Made by a program: the position numbers and the translations under genes. Of a stretch of 64,000 bases of DNA, positions 1 through 10,689 are shown one piece after another (the stretch's first letter is position 1; each line of letters begins with the position of its first letter). The stretch is from the NCBI GenBank assembly GCA_964016885.1, contig OZ024741.1, positions 62,558,001-62,622,000 of the forward strand, in the 5' to 3' direction. The DNA comes from Eledone cirrhosa. Its lineage: Eukaryota. The notes beneath the pieces were generated by a model. The model did no database searches, was not told the origin of the DNA, and saw nothing but the letters and a program-made list of their open reading frames with translations.

Positions 1-1
1 A

Positions 2-75
2 TACCTTGACTATGTTGATGGTTATAATTCAGTCATGGTAGTGACTGGATTATAACCATCAACATAGTCAAGGTA
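2..75. repeat. Inverted repeat / hairpin, 34-bp arms with 6-nt loop (may extend beyond window start)
   Basis: taccttgactatgttgatggttataattcagtca (2-35) is the reverse complement of 42-75 with one mismatch. Confidence 0.9.
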
Positions 76-90
76 GGTCAGGCATCAACT

Positions 91-156
91 TATTTTATCT
101 GATGAGGACGTACTGTTGAAATAGATCAGTATCTCTGAAATATGTATAATAAAATA
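91..156 (+). ncRNA. Minimal type I hammerhead ribozyme (Penelope-like element type)
   Basis: Stem I tattttat (91-98) / ataaaata (149-156); core CTGATGA (99-105); stem II ggacgtactg/cagtatctct; GAAA (137-140); self-complementary stem III A-TATGTA-T; predicted cleavage after A148. Confidence 0.75.
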
Positions 157-295
157 TATTTGATCACATGAATGTCTATATTTATTAATATTTTGAAGTA
201 ATATTAATAACTCCAGAAAACCTGCTGTAGAATGCTTCTAATCTATTGTGAAAATTTATTCATTGATTAATTCATTGAACCTTGTTAAACTTTTA

Positions 296-299
<4 letters not shown>

Positions 300-359
<60 letters not shown>
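300..359. repeat. (TA)n microsatellite
   Basis: Direct reading. Confidence 0.95.
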
Positions 360-362
<3 letters not shown>

Positions 363-445
363 ATAATAATAAATTTGAAGACTAAAATCCAAAGAGGGCT
401 CGATAAGGATAAATATATATCAAATATATAAGAACCGTAGAGCAA

Positions 446-779
446 ATATTTATTAAAATAACAGATTAAAGTTTAAGCAAAGAATCGCTGCTTTCACCCT
501 TAACGGGATCTTCTGTACCATAAACGTGGTTTTGTCTTTGCGTGTAATTGTTTTTCACCGCTCCAAATAATGACGTATTATATTCGTGTTTTCCCGTTCT
601 TTGCCAGGGAACGTTTCCACGAACCAAAGTATTGTCTTCCTGTCTTCCTCCGATTGCAACTTTTTTTGAAATATTCACTTCTACGTTCACAGATTGACTT
701 TGTTAGTTTCAGAAGATCCCGTTAAGGGTGAAAGCAGCGATTCTTTGCTTAAACTTTAATCTGTTATTTTAATAAATAT
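446..779. repeat. Inverted repeat, 70-bp arms (446-515, 710-779) around a 194-bp spacer
   Basis: Arms are reverse complements by direct comparison. Confidence 0.9.
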
Positions 780-836
780 ATATATATATATATACAATAT
801 ATTAACAAATGGAAACTATATTTATAAAACCATATT

Positions 837-902
837 TATTTCATTATACATATTTCAAGGGCCACCAGAGCAAACTATGGTGCGCTTTCATCAGATAAAA
901 TA
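837..902 (-). ncRNA. Minimal hammerhead ribozyme (mirror copy of 1035-1100)
   Basis: tcatcag at 888-894 is CTGATGA on the minus strand; reverse complement of the 1035-1100 motif. Confidence 0.7.
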
Positions 903-1034
903 TAATATAAGTTAGTTTTATAAATAAATATTGACATACCCTTAAAAAATGCAACTATTCTGGTTGGAATTTCCTGGAATGGTTGCATTTTTTAAGGGTA
1001 TGTCAATATTTATTTATAAAACTAACCTATATTA

Positions 1035-1100
1035 TATTTTATCTGATGAAAGCGCACCATAGTTTGCTCTGGTGGCCCTTGAAATATGTATAATGAAATA
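1035..1100 (+). ncRNA. Minimal type I hammerhead ribozyme
   Basis: Stem I tattttat/atgaaata; CTGATGA 1043-1049; imperfect stem II aagcgcacca/tggtggccctt; GAAA 1081-1084; TATGTA-TA identical to the 91-156 motif. Confidence 0.7.
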
Positions 1101-1221
1101 AATATGGTTTTATAAATATAGTTTCCATTTGTTAATATATTGTATAATAATTTGTTGAGTGCTTTATATCAGTTATAAAAATATTTTGCCTGTTGTATCA
1201 CAACAAATTAAATATAACCTC

Positions 1222-1259
<38 letters not shown>

Positions 1260-1263
<4 letters not shown>

Positions 1264-1392
1264 GCTTTCACAATATATAAACAACGATTCAGTTATCGAA
1301 CCATCCGGAATTTTATAATAGATTGAAGTGAAAACCAAACAGGTGCGTGTGTTTTTATTGCCAACATGACCCTCCCAAAGTATAACAATATA
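1260..1392 (+). mobile_element. Fragment of the PLE 3' repeat family also at 10140-10483 and 63205-63500, embedded in (TA)n
   Basis: Shared ggtgcgtgtgtt...caacatgaccctcccaaag(t/c)ataacaatat. Confidence 0.75.
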
Positions 1393-1440
1393 TACATATA
1401 TATACACACACACACATATATATATATACATATATATATA

Positions 1441-1510
<70 letters not shown>

Positions 1511-1523
1511 CACACAGAGAAAG

Positions 1524-1558
<35 letters not shown>

Positions 1559-1560
1559 GT
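1393..1560. repeat. Compound (TA)n/(CA)n/(GA)n microsatellites
   Basis: Direct reading. Confidence 0.95.
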
Positions 1561-1587
1561 GTGTGGGAAGGGGTTTGGTGGTGTGTG

Positions 1588-1685
1588 TGTGTCCCAAAAA
1601 TGTATACATACATCAACAGCATTCTAATAAATATTTCCTGTACATCTAATCAAAGTGTGTATACATTTTGGGGGGGACATCCTGT
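1588..1685. mobile_element. Very short Tc1/mariner-type MITE
   Basis: Terminal inverted repeats tgtcccaaaaatgtataca / tgtatacattttgggggggaca. Confidence 0.5.
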
Positions 1686-1699
1686 GTATATATATATGT

Positions 1700-1762
<63 letters not shown>

Positions 1763-2539
1763 GGATGAACATCGGGTATCGAAGCCAGTTGCCCAATATA
1801 GGTTTGTTATTTTTATTGATGTATTACTATCAAGACAGGCAAACCATATTGTTTTAAATTACTATTTTTTCAACCTAGATAACTTGGTCATTTACAATTG
1901 GAACACATGTATACTTGTAACGGTGTTTATCCCTCTCATATATTCAATCGTATTACACGGCTCGGAAAGATTCCCTTGCTTGAGCTATTTAATTGTAAAA
2001 GCTGGTTGAACGAAGTGAAGAAGAATTCCTTAAAGAGGAGGCCTGACCTGAATACTTGCACTGGAGTGAACTCTGATAAAGGCCCTGAAAGTTAGATAGT
2101 ATTGTTAAACCTGGTTAGGGATTATGTAATACCAAACAGCCTAGTATGAGGTTTTGAATTCAGAAAGCAAAGAGCCAAAAGTACACCACAACTTATCTCA
2201 TCCGAGGCACTAACAACTCCGCCAGGCAGTGCACCTCCCTACACTTGGGATTGGTAAAATCGAGTGTTAATAGCGCTGGGATTCGAACTCAACATATAAG
2301 AATGCGAAACATATCATTTTCCTCTTGTTTGTAAATAGAAATATACATAAATACATACACACACATACACACATAAAAACACGTACCCATGCACACACAC
2401 AAACAAGATAACAACAACATCAACAACACCAACATTGACATCAGCATCATCAGTAACAACATGTACTTTTACAGTAATAGCTACAAGAAAAATTACAACA
2501 ACAACAACAACAACAGTTAGTAGTAGCTGTTCCTCTGTC

Positions 2540-2790
2540 CAGATGTCCGAACAACGAAACAGCCTGCTCGTAAATTAAACCTGCAAATGGCTGAACATTT
2601 AACAAACACGTGTACACTTAAAGTACTCAGAGAGATTCAGTTTGACAAACTGTGGGACAAGAACCACATACTTTACGCCAGCTGAGTGAATCTGGCGCAA
2701 CTTGAAATAAAATGTCCTGCTCAAGAACAAAATACGACAGTGGGAATCGAACTTACGACCATATGAACGTGAACCAAACACCCTAATAAC
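2540..2790 (-). mobile_element. Decayed tRNA-headed SINE (second SINE family in the window)
   Basis: Reverse strand reads ggtcgtaagttcgattcc...ttcttgagcaggacattttatttcaagttgcgccagattcactcagctg, matching heads at 36407 and 56402. Confidence 0.65.
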
Positions 2791-2967
2791 TAATAACGAA
2801 ATAATTAAACTATAAACGTAGTAGCTAGCACAACAAGAACGAAAATAATTACAGTTATTAGTAATATCTACAATAAAACCAAACCGTGCGTTTTCTGTTA
2901 CATCCATTCTTCAATGCAATTTACTCCACTGAACTAAACATCTATGCCTTGAAATACACATGATATG

Positions 2968-3002
<35 letters not shown>

Positions 3003-3168
3003 GTGTATATATATATATATATGTACACATACACACACACTTATGTATATATATAGTTCAAGAATAAAGAAGACAAATACTGAGAGGTAAAAAGACTCAT
3101 ATTAGTCTCACGCCGAGGAGTGACGATAAATGAATGAATAAATATATACACGTAAATTTGTGTAACTG

Positions 3169-3236
<68 letters not shown>

Positions 3237-3402
3237 TGTGTCTGTGCGTGTGTGTGTGTTTATATTATGTAGATTGTGGGGATAGGGTAATGAGAGAAAA
3301 ATGACAGACTTATTCGCCCTCACGAATTAATTGCGTTGATAACATTAAATTATGATCATCAATGCTTTTAACTCGTTCTGCTCATATATGTATACATACA
3401 TA

Positions 3403-3805
3403 CATGGTGGCTGCCAACTCGTTTTCGAGTACGGCCACTACTTTATATCCATGTAGGAGAACCCTTACCGATGCGGTAAACAAGTGTGACTTTTAGTCCA
3501 GCCAGCGACTTGAAAACCGTTACAAACACTACACCTGTGACAATTATTGACACATAGTGCTGGGCCCATGTGACGACAAGTGCAGAGAGATCTCCAGATA
3601 TAAAGCAATGCCTGTGCCGTGAAGCTTTTATAGTGAGCAAAGGCACTGCACAAAGCCAGTCCCACTCTCTTAACCAAGATGATATTTACCAAAAAGAAGA
3701 ACAAGTCAACATCATTGGATACCATCAGGGTTGCAGGTGTTATATCAGAGTTTTCCTTCTCCTAGAATTCTGCCTTGACAAAGGCTAAGGGGTCATCTCT
3801 CCCGG
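3403..3805 (-). mobile_element. 5'-truncated copy of non-autonomous (TATG)n-associated retroelement
   Basis: Near-identical to 3888-4302, 58612-59027 and 59217-59627; flanked by (TACA)n. Confidence 0.85.
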
Positions 3806-3887
3806 ATACATACATACATACATACATACATACATACATACATACATACATACATACATACATACACATATATATATATATATATAT

Positions 3888-4497
3888 ACATGGTGGCTGC
3901 CAACTCGTTTTCGAGTACGGCCACTACTTTATATCCATGTAGGAGGACCCCTACCGATGCGCTGAACGAGTGTGACTTTTTAGTCCAGCCAGCGACTTGA
4001 AAACTCTGGTACAAACACTACACTTGTGACAATTATTGACACATAGTGCTGAGCCCATGGTACCATGTAACAACAAGTGCAGAGAGATCTCCAGATATAA
4101 AGCAATGCCTGTTGCGTGAAGCTTTTATAGTGAGCAAAGGCACTGCACAAAGCCAGTCCCACTCTCTTAACCAAGATGATATTTACCAAAAAGAATAACA
4201 AGTCAACATCATTGGATACCATCAGGGTTGCAGGTGTTATATCAGAGTTTTCCTTCTCCTAGAATTCTGCCTTGACAAAGTCTAAGGGGTCATCTCTCCC
4301 GGTAATTTTGGATGGCCATTGACTCTTAGAGCTCCTTTGCCCTTTGACAGGTTTTGTTTTTAGTCCTGCAGGATGGCCAAAGTCACCCTCCTCACCAAGA
4401 AACCTTGGTGGGGTTGCCAGTTTAGTCGCCAGCGACCCGACCACGAGACAGGTTGTACTGGGATACATGTTACCAGTAGCACCAACTGGTCACCTGA
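3888..4497 (-). mobile_element. Longest copy of non-autonomous retroelement with RTE-like leader and candidate HDV-like ribozyme head
   Basis: Contains ggagaaggaaaactctgatataa, a motif I recall from RTE 5' UTRs; fixed 3' end gcagccaccatg then microsatellite; 5' ends vary among copies. Confidence 0.75.
4417..4494 (-). ncRNA. Candidate HDV-like self-cleaving ribozyme
   Basis: P1 GGTGACC/GGTCGCT with G1-U wobble; P2 CCAGT/ACTGG; P3 CAACC/GGTCG (GGTTG in the 59067 copy); L3 TGTCTCGT; GG after P1; J4/2 CTAA; P4 minimal. Hand-folded; P3/L3 lengths are non-canonical. Confidence 0.45.
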
Positions 4498-4560
4498 CAT
4501 AAATACATACATACATACATACATACATACATACATACATACATACATACATACATACAT

Positions 4561-4862
4561 AGTTAGGAAACTACAAGTACAATCCATTAATGAAACAATA
4601 AAAATATGTAAAACATTCCAAAAATTAAATTTGCATCTAATAACCGCATATACACATGTAAAGATACTAAGCATATACACATGCACACATACAACTCAAA
4701 ACATCCACATCCACACATACAATAACATCCATATCTACACATGCATACATACATATCTACCTAGTTGATGTTGTGTAAATTCCAATGAGAGAGTCTTGTG
4801 TCTATGTTAGAAACCGACTCTCTCTCTATTGGTAAAACTTTGTGAAATTATAAAACCAGAAG
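4561..4862 (+). mobile_element. 3' end of R4/Dong-clade LINE (REL endonuclease C-terminus plus 3' UTR)
   Basis: Translates VRKLQVQSINETIKICKTFQK; homologous to 58156-58541 (minus), which includes [12 protein letters not shown]. Confidence 0.75.
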
Positions 4863-4957
4863 CATATACATATAAACAGACATATACATACATTATATAT
4901 ATACATATATACACACATATATGCATATGCACATACATATGTCAGTCAACGCAATCA

Positions 4958-7407
4958 GTCGAACAGTGCCTTGAAACAACTATGCCTGTAAGAAGCTTGA
5001 CACCACGTGTACCATCTAAGTCTACCTCGAATGCTGGGTGAAACACTACCCATAATAATAATAATCGAAGAAATAATAATAATAATCGAAGAAATTTGAC
5101 ACCACCTGTACCATCCGAGTCCACCTCGACTATTGTGGAAAATACTATCGATAGAGACTATTTATTAAATTTAAGATAAATACTATCTCCGACAGTAATG
5201 CCACATCTACTAGTCATGTTGAATAACTGGTATTCTTCTAACTATATCTACTGAGGACACCTTTTATTCGAATTCGTAGAGATATCCGACTAAATAGATA
5301 ATTCATTTTACAAGGATTTGCTACAAACAGCATAGCTGAGCAGAACATCAACAACAACATTAAGGAAGTACCGAAGAAAAACAACGAGAAAGGTAAACAA
5401 AATTTATTCAGTTGTAGCTACAGAAGAAACTGAAATTATAAATTGCATTTCTTTTGGAGTTGCGAACTTAATGATGATTTATTTAATTGTTATAAAATGG
5501 CAAAAAACAATCCCTCCATTGGCTATATGAACAGAATGAAGCTACACTGGGACGAAATACACCCAGAACTAAATCACTTCACAGCGAAACAATTACGCCA
5601 ACAAGCGACGTTTATTGAACGTAAAAATAAGATAAATATTATTAATTGTAAGTCCCCCACAACAAACAAGGGATCAACAATACGTGCTACTAGACTTCCT
5701 AGCAGCCAGGTCGAACAGTGCCTTGAAACAACTATGCCTGTAAGAAGCTTGACACCACGTGTACCATCTAAGTCTACCTCGAATGCTGGGGAAAACACTA
5801 CCGATAATAATAATAATCGAAGAAATAATAATAATAATCGAAGAAATTTGACACCACCTGTACCATCCGAGTCCACCTCGACTATTGTGGAAAATACTAT
5901 CGATAGAGACTATTTATTAAATTTAAGATAAATACTATCTCCGACAGTAATGCCACATCTACTAGTCATGTTGAATAACTGGTATTCTTCTAACTATATC
6001 TACTGAGGACACCTTTTATTTGAATTCGTAGAGATATCCGACTAAATAGATAATTCATTTTACAAGGATTTGCTACAAACAGCATAGCTGAACAGAACAT
6101 CAACAACAACATTAAGGAAGTACCGAAGAAAAACAACGAGAAAGGTAAACAAAATTTATTCAGTTGTAGCTACAGAAGAAACTGAAATTATAAATTGCAT
6201 TTCTTTTGGAGTTGCGAACTTAATGATGATTTATTTAATTGTTATAAAATGGCAAAAAACAATCCCTCCATTGGCTATATGAACAGAATGAAGCTACAAT
6301 GGGACGAAATACACCCAGAACTAAATCACTTCACAGCGAAACAATTACGCCAACAAGCGACGTTTATAGAACGTAAAAATAAGATAAATATTATTAATTG
6401 TAAGTCCCCCACAACAAACAAGGGATCAACAATACGTGCTACTAGACTTCCTAGCAGCCAGGTCGAACAGTGCCTTGAAACAACTATGCCTGTAAGAAGC
6501 TTGACACCACGTGTACCATCTAAGTCTACCTCGAATGCTGGGTGAAACACTACCCATAATAATAATAATCGAAGAAATAATAATAATAATCGAAGAAATT
6601 TGACACCACCTGTACCATCCGAGTCCACCTCGACTATTGTGGAAAATACTATCGATAGAGACTATTTATTAAATTTAAGATAAATACTATCTCCGACAGT
6701 AATGCCACAACTACTAGTCATGTTGAATAACTGGTATTCTTCTAACTATATCTACTGAGGACACCTTTTATTCGAATTCGTAGAGATATCCGACTAAATA
6801 GATAATTCATTTTACAAGGATTTGCTACAAACAGCATAGCTGAGCAGAACATCAACAACAACATTAAGGAAGTACCGAAGAAAAACAACGAGAAAGGTAA
6901 ACAAAATTTATTCAGTTGTAGCTACAGAAGAAACTGAAATTATAAATTGCATTTCTTTTGGAGTTGCGAACTTAATGATGATTTATTTAATTGTTATAAA
7001 ATGGCAAAAAACAATCCCTCCATTGGCTATATGAACAGAATGAAGCTACAATGGGACGAAATACACCCAGAACTAAATCACTTCACAGCGAAACAATTAC
7101 GCCAACAAGCGACGTTTATTGAACGTAAAAATAAGATAAATATTATTAATTGTAAGTCTCCCACAACAAACAAGGGATCAACAATACGTGCTACTAGACT
7201 TCCTAGCAGCCAGGTCGAACAGTGCCTTGAAACAACTATGCCTGTAAGAAGCTTGACACCACGTGTACCATCTAAGTCTACCTCGAATGCTGGGGAAAAC
7301 ACTACCGATAATAATAATAATCGAAGAAATAATAATAATAATCGAAGAAATTTGACACCACCTGTACCATCCGAGTCCACCTCGACTGTTGTGGAAAATA
7401 TTATCGA
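4958..7407 (+). repeat. Tandem repeat, 752-bp unit, about 3.3 copies, covering the LINE N-terminal Myb-like region
   Basis: gtcgaacagtgcc at 4958, 5710, 6462, 7214; near-identical ORFs start at 5443, 6195, 6947. Confidence 0.95.
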
Positions 7408-9947
7408 TAATGATAATAATCAAAAGTATAAACAATTGAAAATTTCCCTCAACGAAATCTTACAGAGAGAAATTAATTCATGTATAAATATCTCACTTGC
7501 TGAATGTATTAAAACAACAATATTTAATAAAAAATCAAATAATGAAATATTACGTGTCATTGACGAAATAGGGGATGAATATTTACGACGGATAAAAACC
7601 CCAACATTTTGGCAAATCAACGCCTGTTTATATGCCTTAGCAACGACAGTGATGCATTATCTTGGTGATAGCAGAGATATTAACAACAACAAAACACCAA
7701 CAAAAATACCATCATATATAACTAAAATAGAAAAAAGATTGCTGACCTACGAAAAACCATAGGATATGTGACAATGCTCCTTACATGCAAACAAACACAA
7801 AAAAACCTCACTCCTCACCAACAAAGAGTGAAAAATAAAATAGAGACGATGTTTGGTAACAGTAGAACCAGAACTCTTCAATATAAGCTGATCACCACCA
7901 AACAAGAATTGAGAGCTGTTAGCGAAAAACGCGCCGATACCTGAAGTGCTTAATAAACGATTCAAACAATCCCAACCATCAGTCTATAGAGATATGAAGG
8001 GCAAAATAATAAGGGTCACTGAGGTCCCATCCTAGAAAGACATAGATTCCTTTTGGAGAAAAATATGGGGTGAAAAGAAGAATTTCAACCAAGATGCAGT
8101 GTGGCTAAAAGAAATCCGAAAGAATTATTGCTCCTACACTACAACAAAAACATACGAAATAAGTGAGGGTGCCCTTGAGACTGTGATAGGAAAACTCCAA
8201 GATAAGAAAACACCAGGAAGAGACATGATTGTCTTACTGACCTCTACCAACAAGTTCTTAAGGGAGATACACTTATACCAGAATGGTTGATATTAGCACA
8301 AACATTACTGGTCCCCAAGAACAAAGACACTCACTTGGCAAAAAGCTACCGACCCATTGCATGCCAGAACCTGATGTATAAGATGTATACAGCCTGCCTG
8401 AACCTATTCCTCCAAGATCACTGTGAAAATAATAACATCATCACAGATGAACAAACAGCTGGAAAGAAAGGGGTTTGGGGATGTGCTGAAGAACTCCTAA
8501 TCAACAAAACTGCGACGTCGGAGGTGCGACAACTTCTGAGGAATATGGCTACAGTCTGGCTGGACTACAGGAAAGCTTTCGATTCTGTTCTCCACTCTTG
8601 GATGATAGAGGCCCTCCAACTTGCTAAAGTCCCAGACATTATTATCAGAGCCATAGAGAAGCTGTCTTCTTCTTGGGCTACTATCCTAAGGTTAAAGACA
8701 GAGAAGGAGGACTCTATTTTCACGGATAAAATAAAATATCGCAGGGGTATATTTCAGGGAGCCAGTCTCTCTGTGATATTATTCATCCTGTCTTTAAACC
8801 TCTTCTCCTTTCTGCTCAAGAAATGTGAAGGATACATCATTGGCTCACAGGAGGACAGAAATGCGAACCTAACCCATCATTTCTTTGTGGATGATCTGAA
8901 ACTCTATGCCAAGAACATGGATGGGATGAAGAAAAATCTTGACCTGGTTACAACGTTCTCAAAGGGTATAGGAATGGAGTTTGGCCAAGATAAATGCTCA
9001 TATATGACTGTAAAGCGGGCAAAAACAACAACCCAATCTAGCAACATTGTCATCAATGGTCTAACTGTTTCACCGATATCTGATGAGGACTGCTACAGAT
9101 ACCTGGGGATAGATAACATATCCTATAATGGTATCTGTAATAAGGAACGCGTAACCAGGGAATACTACACCCGATTAAGAAAGATTTGGTCATCGGAACT
9201 CTCTGAGCAAAACAAAACAGTGGCTCACAATGTGTTTGCTGTGCCTGTCCTAACACCAAACGTTTGGAATACTCAATTGGGCGATAGACGAAATCCGAGC
9301 CGTTGATGTTAGAACTCGAAAAATACTAAACAACCCCGGAAACTTCCACATCAACAGTGACATAGACCGACTTTACTTGAAACGTAAGCAGGGAGGCAGA
9401 GGCCTAACATCAGTCCAGACAGCATTTGAATGTCGCATCATATCCCTCCGACAACATCTACGAACCTCGAACCGTAGAGGCCCGTCTCTCAAGCAAGTCT
9501 ATCTGCATGAAACAGATAAGATCATAAGAGTTGGGAAGGAACTCCTCGAGAGATATTCCCTGTGTGATAATCAAAAACTCACACCCAGGGAAGTCGTTCA
9601 GCAGTATCGCTGTGAATCCATGGATGAAAAACTGCATGCTTATCGGCAAAAAATCATGCATGGATATGTTGCCAGGATGCTCCAGAGTGAGAGTAATATA
9701 GATAAGGAAAGTAGTCTATCTTGAACCAACAACCGCTATATTGGCTCCCACTTTGAAGGATACACTTTTGCAATCCAAGAACAGGAAATTAACACGAAGT
9801 ACCTGATTCACAAAAGAGATAGGGATGCAGGCAAAACATCTAGATGTGATAACAAGTGCAGACTCTGCAGAATTAACATCGAAGATGTCACCTATGTCAT
9901 CAGCAACTGTCCAAAGATGTCATCGCGGTACTATCTACCTATGAGGC
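4958..9947 (+). mobile_element. R4/Dong-clade non-LTR retrotransposon, disrupted, 3'-truncated after the zinc knuckle
   Basis: RT in ORF 8287-9306 (YRPIAC, WLDYRKAFDSV, RGIFQGASLS, FFVDDLKLY); KRKQGGRGL; CRLC...ED.TY.ISNC knuckle near 9857-9910; no APE domain; several frameshifts and stops. Confidence 0.9.
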
Positions 9948-9949
9948 AT

Positions 9950-10040
9950 TTCGGAATCTCTCTGAGAATTACGTAAAGAGTATAGGTGTCTGTGGTATTT
10001 TTCGCCACTTTCACGTTAATTGCACAATCAGGATGTCGGA
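9950..10040 (+). mobile_element. SINE internal fragment
   Basis: gaatctctctgagaattacgtaaagag...ccactttcacgttaattgcac matches 2570-2640 (reverse) and 55567-55640. Confidence 0.55.
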
Positions 10041-10044
10041 TCAT

Positions 10045-10480
10045 CAATTTTCTAATTTACCCTTATGTTCTATTTTAGCATGTTGGTGGAGTACAGATGA
10101 TTCTTTTCTATCTTGAAGCTCTCGCCAGTGTTCATTTAAGCACACAACAAACACAAAAACAAGATGGCGTAGGACAGAACAAAGGAGAGGCACAAAAACA
10201 AAGAAAAGAATCCCCAGCCACTGAAGCGGTTACAGAATGTGTGACGAAAGAACTTTGACAATATATTAACAAACGTCCGGTTGTGGAACCAACCAACCAA
10301 CCAACCAGAAATTTATAAATTTATAAATCTTAAATTTATAAATTTAACTTATAATAAATTGGAGTGAAATCAACTGGTGCGTGTGTTTCTTACTGGCAAC
10401 ATGACCCTCCCAAAGCATAACAATATCGGTTTCAACACACGTTTTCAAATAAAGAATCTTGCTAAACAAATTCAGAAACG

Positions 10481-10483
<3 letters not shown>
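10045..10483. mobile_element. Penelope-like element remnant with internal inversion: GIY-YIG fragment (minus, 10045-10140) joined to 3' repeat (plus, 10140-10483)
   Basis: Minus strand reads LNEHWRELQDRKESSVLHQHAKIEHK; both parts match 63205-63862, where they are co-oriented. Confidence 0.8.
10217..10259 (+). ncRNA. Degenerate hammerhead motif in PLE repeat
   Basis: gcca-CTGAAGC-g-gttac/gtgac-GAAA-gaac-tt-tgac; core A9 changed to C. Confidence 0.5.
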
Positions 10484-10516
<33 letters not shown>

Positions 10517-10689
10517 ACGTTGAGGAGAAAAAGGGCTCAATACCCAACTAAAGAATGTGCGAAAAGTAGAAACAATTATGTTTATTATATTACCGAGATT
10601 ATTCTGAGTACCAACAGTCAATCTATAAGACGGGTTAAAGTATTCAGATATTTATTATACTGATCATGCTGTTCTTTAAGTACGAATGT

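Larger units (their letters stand above)
791..1146. repeat. Long fold-back: 170-bp arms (791-960, 977-1146), 16-nt spacer; probable inverted Penelope pseudo-LTR pair
   Basis: Arms are reverse complements with about 2 mismatches; each arm carries a hammerhead motif. Confidence 0.9.

Noticed and set aside
1198-1857. YIYI/THTH/MYVC ORFs here and at 46990-47337 and 60134-63468
   Set aside because: Translations of microsatellites
1898-2095. 65-aa ORF as a host exon
   Set aside because: Non-ATG start, no recognisable homology, and the upstream acceptor is not open in this frame
4380-4420. Twister ribozyme suggested by minus-strand gaggagggtg
   Set aside because: The other conserved twister elements (TAAC.C.GCC, GGTCCCAAGCCC) are not present
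3443-4468. Repeated 70-90 aa ORFs (MVSNDVDL..., MTTSAERS...) also at 58631-59537
   Set aside because: They recur only because the element is repeated; indels between copies break the frames and there is no recognisable domain
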